In this document: in pieces, positions 1-10,798 of the stretch
How positions within the stretch are numbered: the stretch's first letter is position 1
Layout: every line of letters starts with the position of its first letter
DNA from: Chloroflexota bacterium
GTDB lineage: Bacteria; Chloroflexota; UBA11872; VXOZ01
Direction of reading: 5' to 3'
NCBI GenBank assembly: GCA_965221905.1
Contig: OZ244922.1
Location: 97,394 to 161,393 of the forward strand
Length of the DNA stretch: 64,000 nucleotides
Made by a program: the position numbers and the translations under genes
Notes under the pieces: generated by a model
The model's database searches: none
What the model saw: only the letters and a program-made list of their open reading frames with translations
What the model was told of the DNA's origin: nothing

Positions 1-207
1 GACTCCTGACTTAATGTCCCTACTCCACTGACTTTGGAGCGGTGATCGCCTTGCGCGGTATTGTTTGTAAGTTTCTCAACCCGGCGGCTCGCCCTGCTAG
101 CCTTGGGGTCTTGGAAGGCAAAGTACAAGAACTCGGTGCTCTGACTGCGCCTCCGCGCTGCAGCGCTTGCAGGGACAGCGAAGAGTTAAGGAGCGACAAT
201 GAGAGTG

Positions 208-891
208 TTACTCTGCTCCAAGTATCCCATCCAGCACACGCTGGAACTCGGCCACCGGTTTCCCGCCTTCGAAGACCTCCACGATGCGGTGCTCTGCATC
301 GAGCAGATAGGTCGTGGGGAACGACCTAATCTGATAGGCAGTGCCGACCTGAATGCTGGGGTCGAAGAGCAGCGGGTAGGTGACGTTGTACTCCTCTTGG
401 AACCACTTGAGGTCGTCCATGGTGATGCGGGGTTCCGGGACAAGTTTACTCTTGGCCGGATAATCCTTGCCGAATGGCGTCGCGCTAATTGAAACGATGT
501 GCACCCGGTCGCCGTACTGGGCATGGATTTGATTGAGGCGCGGCGCTTCTTCCTGGCAGTGCGGGCACCACGGGGCAAAGAAAGACACGACCACCGGCTT
601 GCCCTTCAAGGACTCGAGGCTTATCGTCTCACCCTCAGTGTCTTCCAGCGAAAAACCGGGAGCAGTCGCGCCGACTTCCAGGGCCTTAGGTTGTTGAGAT
701 TCGCCCATGTCCTCCGTAGGCAGCGGGCTGCCGGCCGGCTGGGGCTGCCCAACCAAGCCGGGCAAGACCGTGGGTACCACAAGCGCCAGGACGCCAAGCA
801 CTACCACCACCGGAATGATCCACTTCCGCCATGCGCGTGCTATAGGCCTTCGGCTCTGTGGATTGCGTTTCTTCCCCTTCGCTCGCGCCAT
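208..891 (-). CDS. TlpA/ResA-like thiol:disulfide oxidoreductase (thioredoxin fold), N-terminal membrane anchor
   Basis: 227 aa; WCPHCQ thioredoxin active-site motif; single N-terminal TM helix (IIPVVVVLGVLALVV); TlpA-like layout. Confidence 0.8.
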   Translation of the reverse strand: MARAKGKKRNPQSRRPIARAWRKWIIPVVVVLGVLALVVPTVLPGLVGQPQPAGSPLPTEDMGESQQPKALEVGATAPGFSLEDTEGETISLESLKGKPVVVSFFAPWCPHCQEEAPRLNQIHAQYGDRVHIVSISATPFGKDYPAKSKLVPEPRITMDDLKWFQEEYNVTYPLLFDPSIQVGTAYQIRSFPTTYLLDAEHRIVEVFEGGKPVAEFQRVLDGILGAE

Positions 892-937
892 AGTACTTTC
901 CTCTCAAACTGCGGCCTTTGAGAATTCCATTTGTGCG

Positions 938-1342
938 CTACGGGAACCACTTCAGGATTGCCACCACCACACCGCCTGCCGCGATCGCTAACCCTGCCAG
1001 TTGTATCGTCTGACGATTCAGCCGTTGTTCAAGCCGTAACTCCAGGTCTTTCAGCTCGGTCTTGAAGTCGGCACGCACGGCGGCGATGTCTGCCGCAGTC
1101 GCGCGTGCTAGCTCTTGAATATCGTCCTTGGTCGCGCGTGCCAGGTCTTGGATATCGGCTTTGATCGTGCGTGCTAAGTCTTGAATATCGGCCGAGGTCG
1201 TTTGTGCCAGTTCTTGAACGTCGGCTTTGGTTGCCAGCGCGTCACGCGAATCACCCATCGTCTCAATCAAGGCTTCTGCTTGGGTCTCGCTGAAACCTGC
1301 ACCCGTGAGCGTCTTTACCGCCTTGTGGGTGTCTACACTCAT
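938..1342 (-). CDS. DUF1640-like coiled-coil repeat protein with C-terminal TM anchor
   Basis: 134 aa; tandem ADIQDLARxxKxDIQ(D/E)LAR repeats (visible as direct nucleotide repeats 1080-1210); hydrophobic C-terminus. Confidence 0.5.
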   Translation of the reverse strand: MSVDTHKAVKTLTGAGFSETQAEALIETMGDSRDALATKADVQELAQTTSADIQDLARTIKADIQDLARATKDDIQELARATAADIAAVRADFKTELKDLELRLEQRLNRQTIQLAGLAIAAGGVVVAILKWFP

Positions 1343-1609
1343 TTGCTTGCTCTCTCAGCTTGCAATGTAATTGGCTTCGTCGGCCAACTATCCGGATGTG
1401 TCCCACACGCCCCTGGATACGTCTTCACGCGCTGCCGGCTTTCTTGCCAAAGGAAAATCCACCCTTATCCGCATACTGCCGCAGAAGGCGCGACTCTGTC
1501 AATCCAAACGAGCGCAACTCGATACCTGGCGGCCCTAAGAGATAGTGGAAATGCAGCGGCAAATTGAATTGCCGCACGGCAGCCTTGGGGAACGGTATTG
1601 AGAATGGCG

Positions 1610-4108
1610 CTAAGTAAAGAGAGCGCGTTGCCGATTGCCGGGCTTGGGGATCAGGGTCACGCCGGCTACGGTGTCTTCCTCAGCGCGCATGCGCATGACG
1701 ATAACGCCCCGGGCCGTCCGGCCGACCTTTTTTATCTCGGTCAGCGGCACGCGCGTAATCTGACCCTTGCGCGTAATCAGGCAGATTTCGTCGTCATCGG
1801 GCGTGACAATGCGACCGCCAATCACCGGCCCGCTCTTCTCATCTACCTTCAGGGCGATGATGCCTTTGCCGCCCCGGGATTGCACGCGAAACTCCTCGAT
1901 GTCCACCTGCTTACCGTACCCATGCTCGGTGATGAGGAGCGCGCGGCTCTCCGGATCGACCAGCGCCATGCCGACGACACGATCGCCATCGCGGAGCGAG
2001 ATTCCGTTCACGCCGCCAGCGGTACGCGAATGGGCCGTAATGTTCGCTTCAGGGAAGCGGATACTTTGCCCTTGCGCTGTAAAGAGGATGACTTCTTGCT
2101 TGCCGTCTGTGAGAATTGCCGTGAACAACGCATCGTCGTCAGCCACGTTCATCGCGATCACGCCGTTTGTGCGGGCGTTCGCGAAGTCGCTGAGGCGCGT
2201 GCGCTTTATTTGACCTTGCAGCGACACCATCGTAATGTAGGCGCCGTCGGCTGCTTCGAATGAAGGTACCGGCACAATGGCGGTGATGTGCTCTCCGCGC
2301 GTGATTCCTTGGAGGAGATTTACCATGTTCTGACCGCGCGAGGTGCGGCTGCCCTCGGGTATCCCATAGGCGCGCAGGGTGAAAGCGCGCCCGCGGTCGC
2401 TGACAATGAGCATCCAATCGTGGGAATCGACCAATAGGAATTCTTGCACGGCATCGGACGCGCGGGTCGAAACGCCGATGATGCCCTTGCCGCCGCGCCG
2501 CTGGGCCTGAAAGTCGCCCGCGGGCTGGCGCTTCACGTAGCCGCGCTCGGTGAGGGTGATCAGCACGTCCTCTTTGGGCACCAAGTCTTCCTGCGAGAAG
2601 CTGGAATCGGCATATTCGGAAATGACCGTGCGGCGCTTGTCGCCGAATTTGTCCTTGAGGGCGGCAAGTTCCTGCTTGATGATGATGAAGACTTCACCAA
2701 CGTCGCCGAGGATGGTCTCCAGGCGCGCAATTGTTTGCTTGACTTGCTCATACTCGTCCAGGATAGCCTGGCGCTCCATGGCGGCCAGCCGGCGCAACTC
2801 CATTGCCAATACCGCATTGGCCTGTCTTTCACTGAGGTCGAAGCCCCGCTGCAAGTTGTTGCGTGCCGTCTGGGCGTTGCGGGACTTGCGGATGGTTGCG
2901 ATGACCTCGTCCAGGTTATCCAGCGCAATGCGTAGGCCGATCAAGATGTGGGCGCGGTCGCGGGCGCGCTCAAGCTCGTATTGCGTGCGCCGCGTGACGA
3001 CATTCTGACGAAAGCGGATGTATTCGCGCAGCAGGGCCTTAAGGCTGAGCACGCGCGGTTGCTGGTCCACCAGTGCCAGCATGTTGCAGTAGAATGACGA
3101 CTGCATTGCCGTGTGCTGGTAGAGGTGGTTGAGTACCTGTTGCGGGAAGGCGTCACGACGCAATTCGATTACCATGCGCATGCCGGAGCGGTCGGACTCA
3201 TCCCGCAGTTCGCTAATGCCCTCGAGTTTCTTTTCACGCACTAACTGCGCCATGCGTTCCAGCAGGGTCGCTTTGTTGACCTGGTACGGCAGTTCTGTGA
3301 CGATGATCTGGAACCGGTTGCCGCGCATCTCCTCGATGCGCGCCTTCGCTCGCACGATGACGCGGCCGCGTCCCGTGGCGTAGGCTTCCCGTATGCCTTC
3401 GGTGCCGATAATCGTGCCTGCGGTGGGGAAGTCCGGTCCGTGGACGAACTGCATCAGGTCTTCCACGCCAACGTCGTCCTCATGCCCCACGGCTATCTTG
3501 TCCGTGAGGAAAGTGAGCGCGTCTATCACCTCGACCAAGTTATGCGGCGGGATGTTGGTAGCCATGCCCACGGCGATGCCCGTTGCGCCGTTGACGAGCA
3601 GATTCGGCACTTTGCTGGGCAAAACCGTTGGTTCTTTCAGCGTATCGTCGAAGTTGCTGCTGAAGTCTACCGTTTCTTTATCGATGTCGGCCAGCATTTC
3701 CATCGCCAGGGAATGCAGGCGCGCCTCGGTGTAGCGCATGGCGGCGGGCGGATCGCCGTCCACGGACCCGTAGTTCCCCTGGCCGTCAATCAAGGGGTAG
3801 CGCATGCTAAACGTCTGCGCCATGCGCACCATGGCGTCGTAGATGGGCTCATTGCTGTGAGGATGGAAGCGCCCCATGGTGTCACCGACGATACGCGCGC
3901 TCTTCTTGTATGCCGTGCCCGGGCGGGCATTGAGCTCTTGCATGGAGTAGAGAATGCGCCGCTGCACGGGCTTAAGGCCGTCGCGCACGTCCGGCAACGC
4001 CCGGGAGACGATGACACTCATGGCGTAGTCCAAGTACGCCGACTGCATCTGGTCTTCGATATTGACCGGACTTACAGCTTCGATGTTGGGGTCAAGGGCA
4101 TCTGCCAT
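1610..4108 (-). CDS. gyrA: DNA gyrase subunit A
   Basis: 832 aa; N-terminus [32 protein letters not shown] is canonical GyrA; catalytic Tyr region and C-terminal beta-pinwheel repeats present. Confidence 0.95.
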   Translation of the reverse strand: MADALDPNIEAVSPVNIEDQMQSAYLDYAMSVIVSRALPDVRDGLKPVQRRILYSMQELNARPGTAYKKSARIVGDTMGRFHPHSNEPIYDAMVRMAQTFSMRYPLIDGQGNYGSVDGDPPAAMRYTEARLHSLAMEMLADIDKETVDFSSNFDDTLKEPTVLPSKVPNLLVNGATGIAVGMATNIPPHNLVEVIDALTFLTDKIAVGHEDDVGVEDLMQFVHGPDFPTAGTIIGTEGIREAYATGRGRVIVRAKARIEEMRGNRFQIIVTELPYQVNKATLLERMAQLVREKKLEGISELRDESDRSGMRMVIELRRDAFPQQVLNHLYQHTAMQSSFYCNMLALVDQQPRVLSLKALLREYIRFRQNVVTRRTQYELERARDRAHILIGLRIALDNLDEVIATIRKSRNAQTARNNLQRGFDLSERQANAVLAMELRRLAAMERQAILDEYEQVKQTIARLETILGDVGEVFIIIKQELAALKDKFGDKRRTVISEYADSSFSQEDLVPKEDVLITLTERGYVKRQPAGDFQAQRRGGKGIIGVSTRASDAVQEFLLVDSHDWMLIVSDRGRAFTLRAYGIPEGSRTSRGQNMVNLLQGITRGEHITAIVPVPSFEAADGAYITMVSLQGQIKRTRLSDFANARTNGVIAMNVADDDALFTAILTDGKQEVILFTAQGQSIRFPEANITAHSRTAGGVNGISLRDGDRVVGMALVDPESRALLITEHGYGKQVDIEEFRVQSRGGKGIIALKVDEKSGPVIGGRIVTPDDDEICLITRKGQITRVPLTEIKKVGRTARGVIVMRMRAEEDTVAGVTLIPKPGNRQRALFT

Positions 4109-4202
4109 ACTCTCTCCTTGCGGTCAGGAAGGGCAATCGCGGTTCTACTTTCCTGTAGTCCTGAAACTGCTCTGACATTGCTGTGAAAGCAGGTATTTTC
4201 GG

Positions 4203-4393
4203 CTGCCTTCGTCAAAGGTCCGATGTCGCTCTGGTAGCGTAGGTTTGAAACCTGCGCCCGCTGCCTTCGTCAGAGGCCCGGTTTCGCTCCGGTAGCGTAG
4301 GTTTGAAACCTGCGCCCGCTACCTTCGTCAGAGGCCCGGTTTCGTTCCGGTAGCGTAGGTTTGAAATCTGCGCCCGCTGCCGTCTCTCCGGCG
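4203..4393. repeat. Tandem direct repeat, about 59 bp unit x 3.2 copies, between moaC and the gyrA start
   Basis: Units at 4203-4260, 4261-4319, 4320-4378 plus a partial fourth; about 90% identical; each contains short hairpins (ccggtttcgctccgg, aggtttgaaacct). Confidence 0.9.
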
Positions 4394-4974
4394 CAAGCGG
4401 GACTTCACCTGCTCTGTGCCACTCGGCTCCGTCCCAAGCGGGGGACAAGCCCCGCGCTATTCTGTCTATCTGAAATTGCACGTGGTCTGCGACCCACGAC
4501 CTTAACCTCCGCACAAGCGAGCGCGGCGATTAGGAGATCGCCGATTTCATCTTTCGTATGCGGTCTGCCAAGACCAGGGGGTGCTTCCGGTACTTCTAGG
4601 AAACCAGGGTCCTCGTCTCTTCGCAGATTGCTCCGGTCGCAGCCACTGCCGGTATGCCTGCGCTGCGTTGTCCCAAGGCTGCACTGAATAAATAAAGGCC
4701 GGAAAGACGGAGTCGGTACGCTACGTGTCGTGGTGCTTGCCAGACTAGAAGCTATCTCATAAATCGGTTCGATAGCCAATTTGTGCTTCGACAAGGGCTT
4801 CGCGCAGCACTCAGCACGAACGGATTCTTGCCTTTTCCGTTCGCCCCCGTATCGTGTCGATACGCTGTATCGAGTACGGGGCAGGCTCTGAGCCTGCCTG
4901 TCCTGAGCTTGTCGAAGGGTCGAAGGGCAGGTCTACACCCAGCGATGTATTTGTGAGGCAAGTTCTAGAAACCC

Positions 4975-5502
4975 TTAGCCGCCGTTCGTGGCCCCAGCGG
5001 TATCCGCCGCAACGTAGTCGCCGGTCCGGCCGCCGCTCTTGTGCCGCAGATGCACGTTTTCAATGCGCATACCTTTGTCCACGGCTTTGCACATGTCGTA
5101 GATCGTTAGGGCGGCGACGCTGACGGCGGTCAGCGCTTCCATCTCCACGCCGGTCTTGCCGGTGGTGCGCACGGTGGCCTCAATTCGCACACAGCTCTGT
5201 TCGGCGTCCACGCTGAAGTCCATGTCCACGCCGCTCAGCGGCAAGGGATGGCACATTGGCACCAGTTGCCAGGTGGACTTGGCTGCCATGATGCCCGCCA
5301 CTTGCGCGACCGCCAGCACGTTGCCCTTCTTGAGCGGGCCGGTCTCGTCTGCCGGCGCTGCTTGCTGTTGCCGGATCAACCCCAGTGTCTCCGGCAGCAT
5401 AGCTACCGTACCCTGTGCCGTTGCCTCGCGTGCTGTGTCCGGCTTCTGCCCCACGTCTACCATGCGGGGTAAACCGGACTTATTGAAATGCGTAAATGCC
5501 AC
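4975..5502 (-). CDS. moaC: Cyclic pyranopterin monophosphate synthase accessory protein MoaC
   Basis: 175 aa; LTHF...MVDVG.K..T.R.A.A motif and overall MoaC length and pattern. Confidence 0.85.
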   Translation of the reverse strand: MAFTHFNKSGLPRMVDVGQKPDTAREATAQGTVAMLPETLGLIRQQQAAPADETGPLKKGNVLAVAQVAGIMAAKSTWQLVPMCHPLPLSGVDMDFSVDAEQSCVRIEATVRTTGKTGVEMEALTAVSVAALTIYDMCKAVDKGMRIENVHLRHKSGGRTGDYVAADTAGATNGG

Positions 5503-5919
5503 GGCAAGAATCGCCTTGTTGCCTTATGTGGTGGGCTAATTCCATTATACCATTGCCTTGTGATTCCTGCCCTGACTCTTGATTCTGGAAGCGGCATACG
5601 GCGCGAGCTTTTTGCGCGTTGATCATTGTCTGTACGGCGCCGAATTGCATGGGCGGAAGTGATGCAGTGATTCAGAATTTCAGGCCGTGAGGATGGCATT
5701 ACGCTTGTACGACAGCCGCGAAGGACGAGCGGCGACTTTCGCATTACTGCTCTCGTAACACAGCTCTTGCTCGTGTAGACGCGTATGCGGCAGGTGGGGC
5801 TATACTAGGCGTGAGAGCGGTATGGGATATCGCAACTGAGGGAATGGGAATCTGGGAGCGGCGAGTTGTGCGTGCCGGCTCCCAGTAGAAGCAATGCTAG
5901 CGCATAGAGGATAAGAACC

Positions 5920-6654
5920 ATGATCATCGACGCGCATGTCCATATCAAAGGCGGCGACACGTACCGCCGTGAACTGGACCCTGACGACACCATCCGGTAC
6001 ATGGACCAGGCCGGTGTGGATAAGTCGTGCGTGTTCAGCATCTGCCTGCCTAGCCGCGAATCGAACGAGATGACGCGCAAGGCCGTGAGCGGCCGCGAGG
6101 ATCGGCTAATACCGTTTGCGCACATGGTGCCGGAAGAAAGGTCGGTGGGTCTGGACGCCGTGCGCCGTGCAGTGGAAGACTGGGGGTTTCCCGGCCTCAA
6201 GCTGCACTTTGGCGAGGTGAAAGGCGAGATAACGGACAACCTCTTCCTGCCTATTCTGGAACTTGGCGCAAGCTACGATCTGCCGATCCTGCTCTGCTGC
6301 GCTCATCGGCCGGAGTTCCCGGACCGTTGGGCAGACGCCGTGCCGGAGGCCAAGATCATCATTCCTCACTTGGGCTCCAGCCGCGACCAGGACATGAACT
6401 GGCGCTTCTTCGACGTAGCGAAACGTCATGACAACATCTGGCTCGATACGTCGTTTACCAGCGGCCCGTGGATGATTCGCGAGGCCTACCACGCCCTTGG
6501 CCCAGACAAGCTTATTTGGGGCTCGGACGGCGGCGGCGACTACAATCCGCCCCTGCCCGAAATGGCCAAGGTAAAGGTCTGGGAGTTTCCGGAGCAGGAT
6601 TACGCGAGAATTATGGGCGGCAATATCCTGGAACTGCTGGGTGGAAAGGCGTAG
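5920..6654 (+). CDS. Amidohydrolase-2 (TIM-barrel metal-dependent hydrolase) family protein
   Basis: 244 aa; N-terminal MIIDAHVHI metal-binding motif; internal His/Asp ligands; good ATG context. Confidence 0.65.
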   Translation: MIIDAHVHIKGGDTYRRELDPDDTIRYMDQAGVDKSCVFSICLPSRESNEMTRKAVSGREDRLIPFAHMVPEERSVGLDAVRRAVEDWGFPGLKLHFGEVKGEITDNLFLPILELGASYDLPILLCCAHRPEFPDRWADAVPEAKIIIPHLGSSRDQDMNWRFFDVAKRHDNIWLDTSFTSGPWMIREAYHALGPDKLIWGSDGGGDYNPPLPEMAKVKVWEFPEQDYARIMGGNILELLGGKA

Positions 6655-6750
6655 TAACGGGGGGCATTGCCGCTGCAATGAACGACAGATACTTTGCATC
6701 TCGAAGTCGTTGATATAGGAAATGTCGGTTAGAACTGGTGAGGGATAATC

Positions 6751-8082
6751 ATGAATGTTGATACGGCAGACTCCAATCAACCAACCGATTCACCGCCGAT
6801 AGCAAGAGCTCGCAGTTTTCGCGTGCGGCATGAAACGTTGGCACGCATCCGGGCGGGACACAGGGTAATACTCGACGAACTCAAACCCACCAGGGCGCAA
6901 ATCAACCGAGGCTTGGAACTGCATTACAACAGCTTCGTCGCTGACGTCCAGGGGTCGGTTCAGATGAGCTCAACGCATGGCATTAGTGGAGACCGGCTGC
7001 AGGCAGACCTTGAACCATATCGCAAAGAACTTTCCAAGCAAGACCTGTACCCCGATGAGTTCCGGCGCAGCCTGGGCGCAATCCATTTCAAACGGAAGAC
7101 CTTCGAATCGGCTTTCGATCAGCAGTGGCTCGTGGAGTCGAAAGCGCTCTACAAGATCGCCGGGGTGCACCTGGGCACCTCAGATGTTGCCGGTCCCGAA
7201 GAGAATACCTTTGCAGCGGCCTTGGATCGCGTGAGTCGAATCAACTTCGTCTATGATCGGCGTGACGACCTCATGCGTGTCTCCGGGGTCGAAGACATCG
7301 AAAAGGGACTTCGCTGCGGGAAGCCGAGTGTGATGTTTCACCTGGCCGGCGTCGGCTGCTTCGCGGAAGCAGAAGATCCCCTGACAAACCTCGACCTATT
7401 CTACGCTCTCGGCGTGCGCATGTCCCAATTGACCTACATCCAAAACAATGCCCTCTGCTGTTCGTACTTGCAGGAGCACGATACCGGCCTGACGCCGCTT
7501 GGTAAGAAGGTTGTCCGGCGCATGAACGAATTGGGCATCATGGTGGACCTCGCCCATAGTGGCGACCAATCGTCATTCGACATCATAGAAGCCTCGACCG
7601 AACCGGTAATGATCAGCCACACCGGGTCCCGGACTGTGTACGACGACGCTTCGAACAGAGGGTATCTTGAAAGAGTGTTTGCGCAGCCCTATGCCCGTGG
7701 TCTGACCGCTCCTGAGAGATGGTGCAGCCGCAACGCGAGCGACGAGACTCTCCAGGCTGTGGCCGGGAAAGGCGGGCTTGTCGCGCTGTATTCTATCGAC
7801 TACATGCTCGGTACAGGCCCGGAATCCTTTCACACCTGGTATCGCCATCTGGAGCACGCGATCAGTGTTGCCGGCATCGATCACGTTGCCATCGGCACGG
7901 ATAGGACATTCTTTCCCGGCTGGCAACCCGGACCGCTGGACTGGACGAACTGGCCCTATTGGACCGTCGGCTTAGTCTGCAAGGGGCATTCGGACGCAGA
8001 AATCCAAAAGATAATCGGCGGCAACTACCTGCGCTACGCCCGTAAGGTTCTCAACAAACGCCCTTGGGGAGCGTTCATGTAA
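6751..8082 (+). CDS. Membrane dipeptidase (peptidase M19) family protein with an N-terminal extension
   Basis: 443 aa; matches the M19 signature ...LDLFYALGVR...; VDLAHSGD and ISHTGSR His-containing motifs; HVAIGTD. Confidence 0.7.
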   Translation: MNVDTADSNQPTDSPPIARARSFRVRHETLARIRAGHRVILDELKPTRAQINRGLELHYNSFVADVQGSVQMSSTHGISGDRLQADLEPYRKELSKQDLYPDEFRRSLGAIHFKRKTFESAFDQQWLVESKALYKIAGVHLGTSDVAGPEENTFAAALDRVSRINFVYDRRDDLMRVSGVEDIEKGLRCGKPSVMFHLAGVGCFAEAEDPLTNLDLFYALGVRMSQLTYIQNNALCCSYLQEHDTGLTPLGKKVVRRMNELGIMVDLAHSGDQSSFDIIEASTEPVMISHTGSRTVYDDASNRGYLERVFAQPYARGLTAPERWCSRNASDETLQAVAGKGGLVALYSIDYMLGTGPESFHTWYRHLEHAISVAGIDHVAIGTDRTFFPGWQPGPLDWTNWPYWTVGLVCKGHSDAEIQKIIGGNYLRYARKVLNKRPWGAFM

Positions 8083-8175
8083 GTCTCATCAATGGAGAGG
8101 ATTTGCAATTGCGTGGGATAATAGACCCACAGTTGACATCGATGTGTAGACGGAGGCCACCCGACAGGAGAAGGC

Positions 8176-8697
8176 ATGGCAGACGTAGAATTACAGGTCA
8201 AGACGCGAGGTGGCGCGACTATACACAAGGCCGCAGTGCTGGCAGCGTATCCTGATGGAAGATACCTTACAGGCCAGACTGACGCCGACGGCAAGTGCCG
8301 ACTAAACCTGTACCGCGTCGATCAGGAAATGAAGATACTTATAGCCGCAGACGGCCACCTTCCTTTCCATGAAGCCCTCGTCCCGGGGAATTCAGAAACC
8401 GTCTCCTTGGAGTTAGAGCCGTCCAAGGATGACAGAAGGGCGCTCCTATTCACCCGGAGCACAGGATACATCCCAGGGATTACGGGACGCCTCAATCCAC
8501 ACAAAGATGGCTATGTTTACGGTGACAATATTGCCATAAACGGGCAACTTGCAACGCCTGCCGCACATTTCGAGATAGAGGAGTACCTCCATCTGATCGA
8601 CGTGTACGGCGTCGAGACAACAATCCGATTCTTAGTGGTTGAAGGACAGTTTTCGCTTATTGAGTACACTGAGCCCAAGGCTTATGCAGGGGAATGA
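8176..8697 (+). CDS. Hypothetical protein (possible carboxypeptidase-regulatory-like beta-sandwich); translationally coupled to the next gene
   Basis: 173 aa; stop overlaps the next start (ATGA); GC about 52%, below flanks. Confidence 0.4.
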   Translation: MADVELQVKTRGGATIHKAAVLAAYPDGRYLTGQTDADGKCRLNLYRVDQEMKILIAADGHLPFHEALVPGNSETVSLELEPSKDDRRALLFTRSTGYIPGITGRLNPHKDGYVYGDNIAINGQLATPAAHFEIEEYLHLIDVYGVETTIRFLVVEGQFSLIEYTEPKAYAGE

Positions 8698-9068
8698 ATA
8701 TGGCCACGGCGGAGCAGCATCGAGAGATTAGCATTCAATTCTTGGATCATGCGGAGGACGAATTACGTAAGGGTGATTTCCTTCAGGCCTCCGAGAAAGC
8801 AGGGGGAGCGGTTTCCCATTATGTGAACTCTGTTGCCCGCCAGCGGCCAGTTCCGCTGGGGTCGCACAAGCGACTGATCGAAAATGCCAACAAGCTGATC
8901 GAGAAGGGCCCTGCTAATGCGAGCCATAAGCGGAGGTTGCTACTATCAATCGAGGTGCTTCATGCCAACTTCTATCATGCGCATTTGGACGAAGTTTTGG
9001 TTGGGGAGGGTATTGAGGACGCCAAGGAACTTATCAAAACCTTTGATGACCTTAACTCAGACATATAG
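8694..9068 (+). CDS. HEPN-superfamily protein (PaREP1-like)
   Basis: 124 aa; KGDFLQASEKAGGAVSHYVNSVA resembles the PaREP1/HEPN EKxWGA helix; all-helical pattern. Confidence 0.45.
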   Translation: MNMATAEQHREISIQFLDHAEDELRKGDFLQASEKAGGAVSHYVNSVARQRPVPLGSHKRLIENANKLIEKGPANASHKRRLLLSIEVLHANFYHAHLDEVLVGEGIEDAKELIKTFDDLNSDI

Positions 9069-9240
9069 AAGGTGACCGGGACGGCTAAAGAGGGCACTCG
9101 CTTTCTCGATCCGCTTGGCCTAGCCGGTAGAGTCCAAGTCGGTCAACTTATCGCAGACGCCCTGCATGTGCTCCGCTGAGAATATCGGTTGGAACACGAA
9201 GGATCGTGTACTGCATCAGTGGGGAATTCGAGGAGGAATC

Positions 9241-9747
9241 ATGGCTAACAGAATCCAACTTCCACATGAGGGCGAGGTTATAGACCGCCTAATACGTCAA
9301 ATCAAGGAAGCCGTCCGAGAGACACGAACGACAGTGGTCACCGGTGTTGAGATCACGTATTCGATCTGCGCTCCATGGCCTCGTGGCATGGATCCTGCGA
9401 TGTACGATCATGATGGCAATATATACCTGCCAGTGGAGCATGTCCGGTCAAACCCTATCCATGCCGACCTGGCGGCCTTCCACGAACACACCGAAATCCG
9501 CCACAAGCTGGCCGGCAAGTCACACGGGTACGCACACCACAGGGCACTGCTTGAGGAGTTGCTGGCGGCCAAGCAGATATTCGATAACGACGCGCTGACA
9601 GCGTTCGTGCATCAGAGAGTATTCGGCTATCCGGACTGGAAGTTGCCTGACAAGGAATCCATTGAGAAGAGACTTTGCGAATTTCTCTCAGTCGATCGCC
9701 CGTTGAGAGGTAAGCTCCTAGAAGTATTCAAAGAGGCGCGGATGTAG
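9241..9747 (+). CDS. Hypothetical protein (His-rich)
   Basis: ORF 9166..9747; preferred ATG at 9241 preceded by GGAGGA; no recognisable domain. Confidence 0.35.
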   Translation: MANRIQLPHEGEVIDRLIRQIKEAVRETRTTVVTGVEITYSICAPWPRGMDPAMYDHDGNIYLPVEHVRSNPIHADLAAFHEHTEIRHKLAGKSHGYAHHRALLEELLAAKQIFDNDALTAFVHQRVFGYPDWKLPDKESIEKRLCEFLSVDRPLRGKLLEVFKEARM

Positions 9748-10798
9748 GATGATGGACATGGTGTTACTGTCGGCACTGTTGATTTTGCCGCTCCTAAGTT
9801 CAGAATCCGCCGAATCTGTCTTGGCTGGTCAGTGTTGCCGGCTTGGCCCCAGTTGTATTTCCCCGCCAAGAATCGCGTGATTTCGGGAGGATAGCCGCTT
9901 TTCGGCATCTGTTACCCGCCGTGCTCGCAGCTGTAGACGGCTACCTGGACGTTGCTCCATCGGACCGGTCGCTCAGGCGGGGATTCTAACATTGTTTCTC
10001 CAAGTTTAGTGCAGTACCGCCCGGCACCGAGCGCTCCTCGCCGTGAAAGTGGTTGCAACAGCGGGCGCCGACCTCCCATGACCGCCTCGCTCTGTCCGAA
10101 GTACCCTCAGTCCGCCGTTATCTTGAAGCCGTTGCCAGCCATACTGCCTCCACCGCGCTGAACTTGAACCCGTCTTACTTTCCGCCTTGTGGGCCTCGTG
10201 CGCTTGGCAGAGCGCGCTGAAGCCGGGGGTGCTGGCGAGTGCGCCGCGTAGCATACACCGGTCGGTTTGCTCTTCTGTCCCAGCCAGACGAGCGCGAGCT
10301 TGCTGGCGTACGGCCGGATTCTCTATGAGGTCGATGGCTTGGCGCAGGCGACGCTCGCGGTTGCTTGCCTTCAAGGCGTTTTTCACCCCCATCCCGCGAC
10401 CTTCCCCGTCAAGGGGGGAAGGGGTATCGCAGAGGTCTCCCACGGGAAGCAAGCGTCCAGGCATGGGGAACCGGTGAGCGTACCCTGGCGCCGGAGCGAT
10501 ACAGCCGCGCGGCGTGAGGTCCGCTCCAGGAGCAAGGAGAAGACGAGCGCATCTGTCGATAGGCAGGTGAATTGGTGGAGAACCGGTGTCCACATTCTTG
10601 ACATAGCGCGTAGAGGGAATTAAACTTCTAACATTGACGAGCAAGAGATACTTTAAATCTCGAACTCGTTGCTATGGGAAATGTCGGGTGGAGTCGCTGC
10701 CGGTTTGCGGGAAGCTTACGGCTTGCAGCATGTTTCCGGCTTGCAACAATAGGTAGCGTACGCCCGGTAGAGTAATGTCACACATAGGAGATTGCAAC

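Noticed and set aside
1598-3008. Plus-strand ORFs 1598..2263, 1767..2213, 2444..2935 and 2550..3008
   Set aside because: They lie antisense within gyrA. They are high-GC frame artefacts.
4203-4393. Possible CRISPR array
   Set aside because: The units are contiguous about 59-bp direct repeats with no unique spacers, and no cas genes are nearby.
4203-4393. tRNA-like T-arm (aggtttgaaacct) inside the repeat units
   Set aside because: The loop is only 3 nt and no acceptor, D or anticodon arms can be drawn. It is not a tRNA.
10006-10644. ORF of 212 aa on the minus strand
   Set aside because: It has atypical composition, no RBS and overlaps hairpin repeats. At most it is a remnant of an HNH-type gene. 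It is not called as a CDS.
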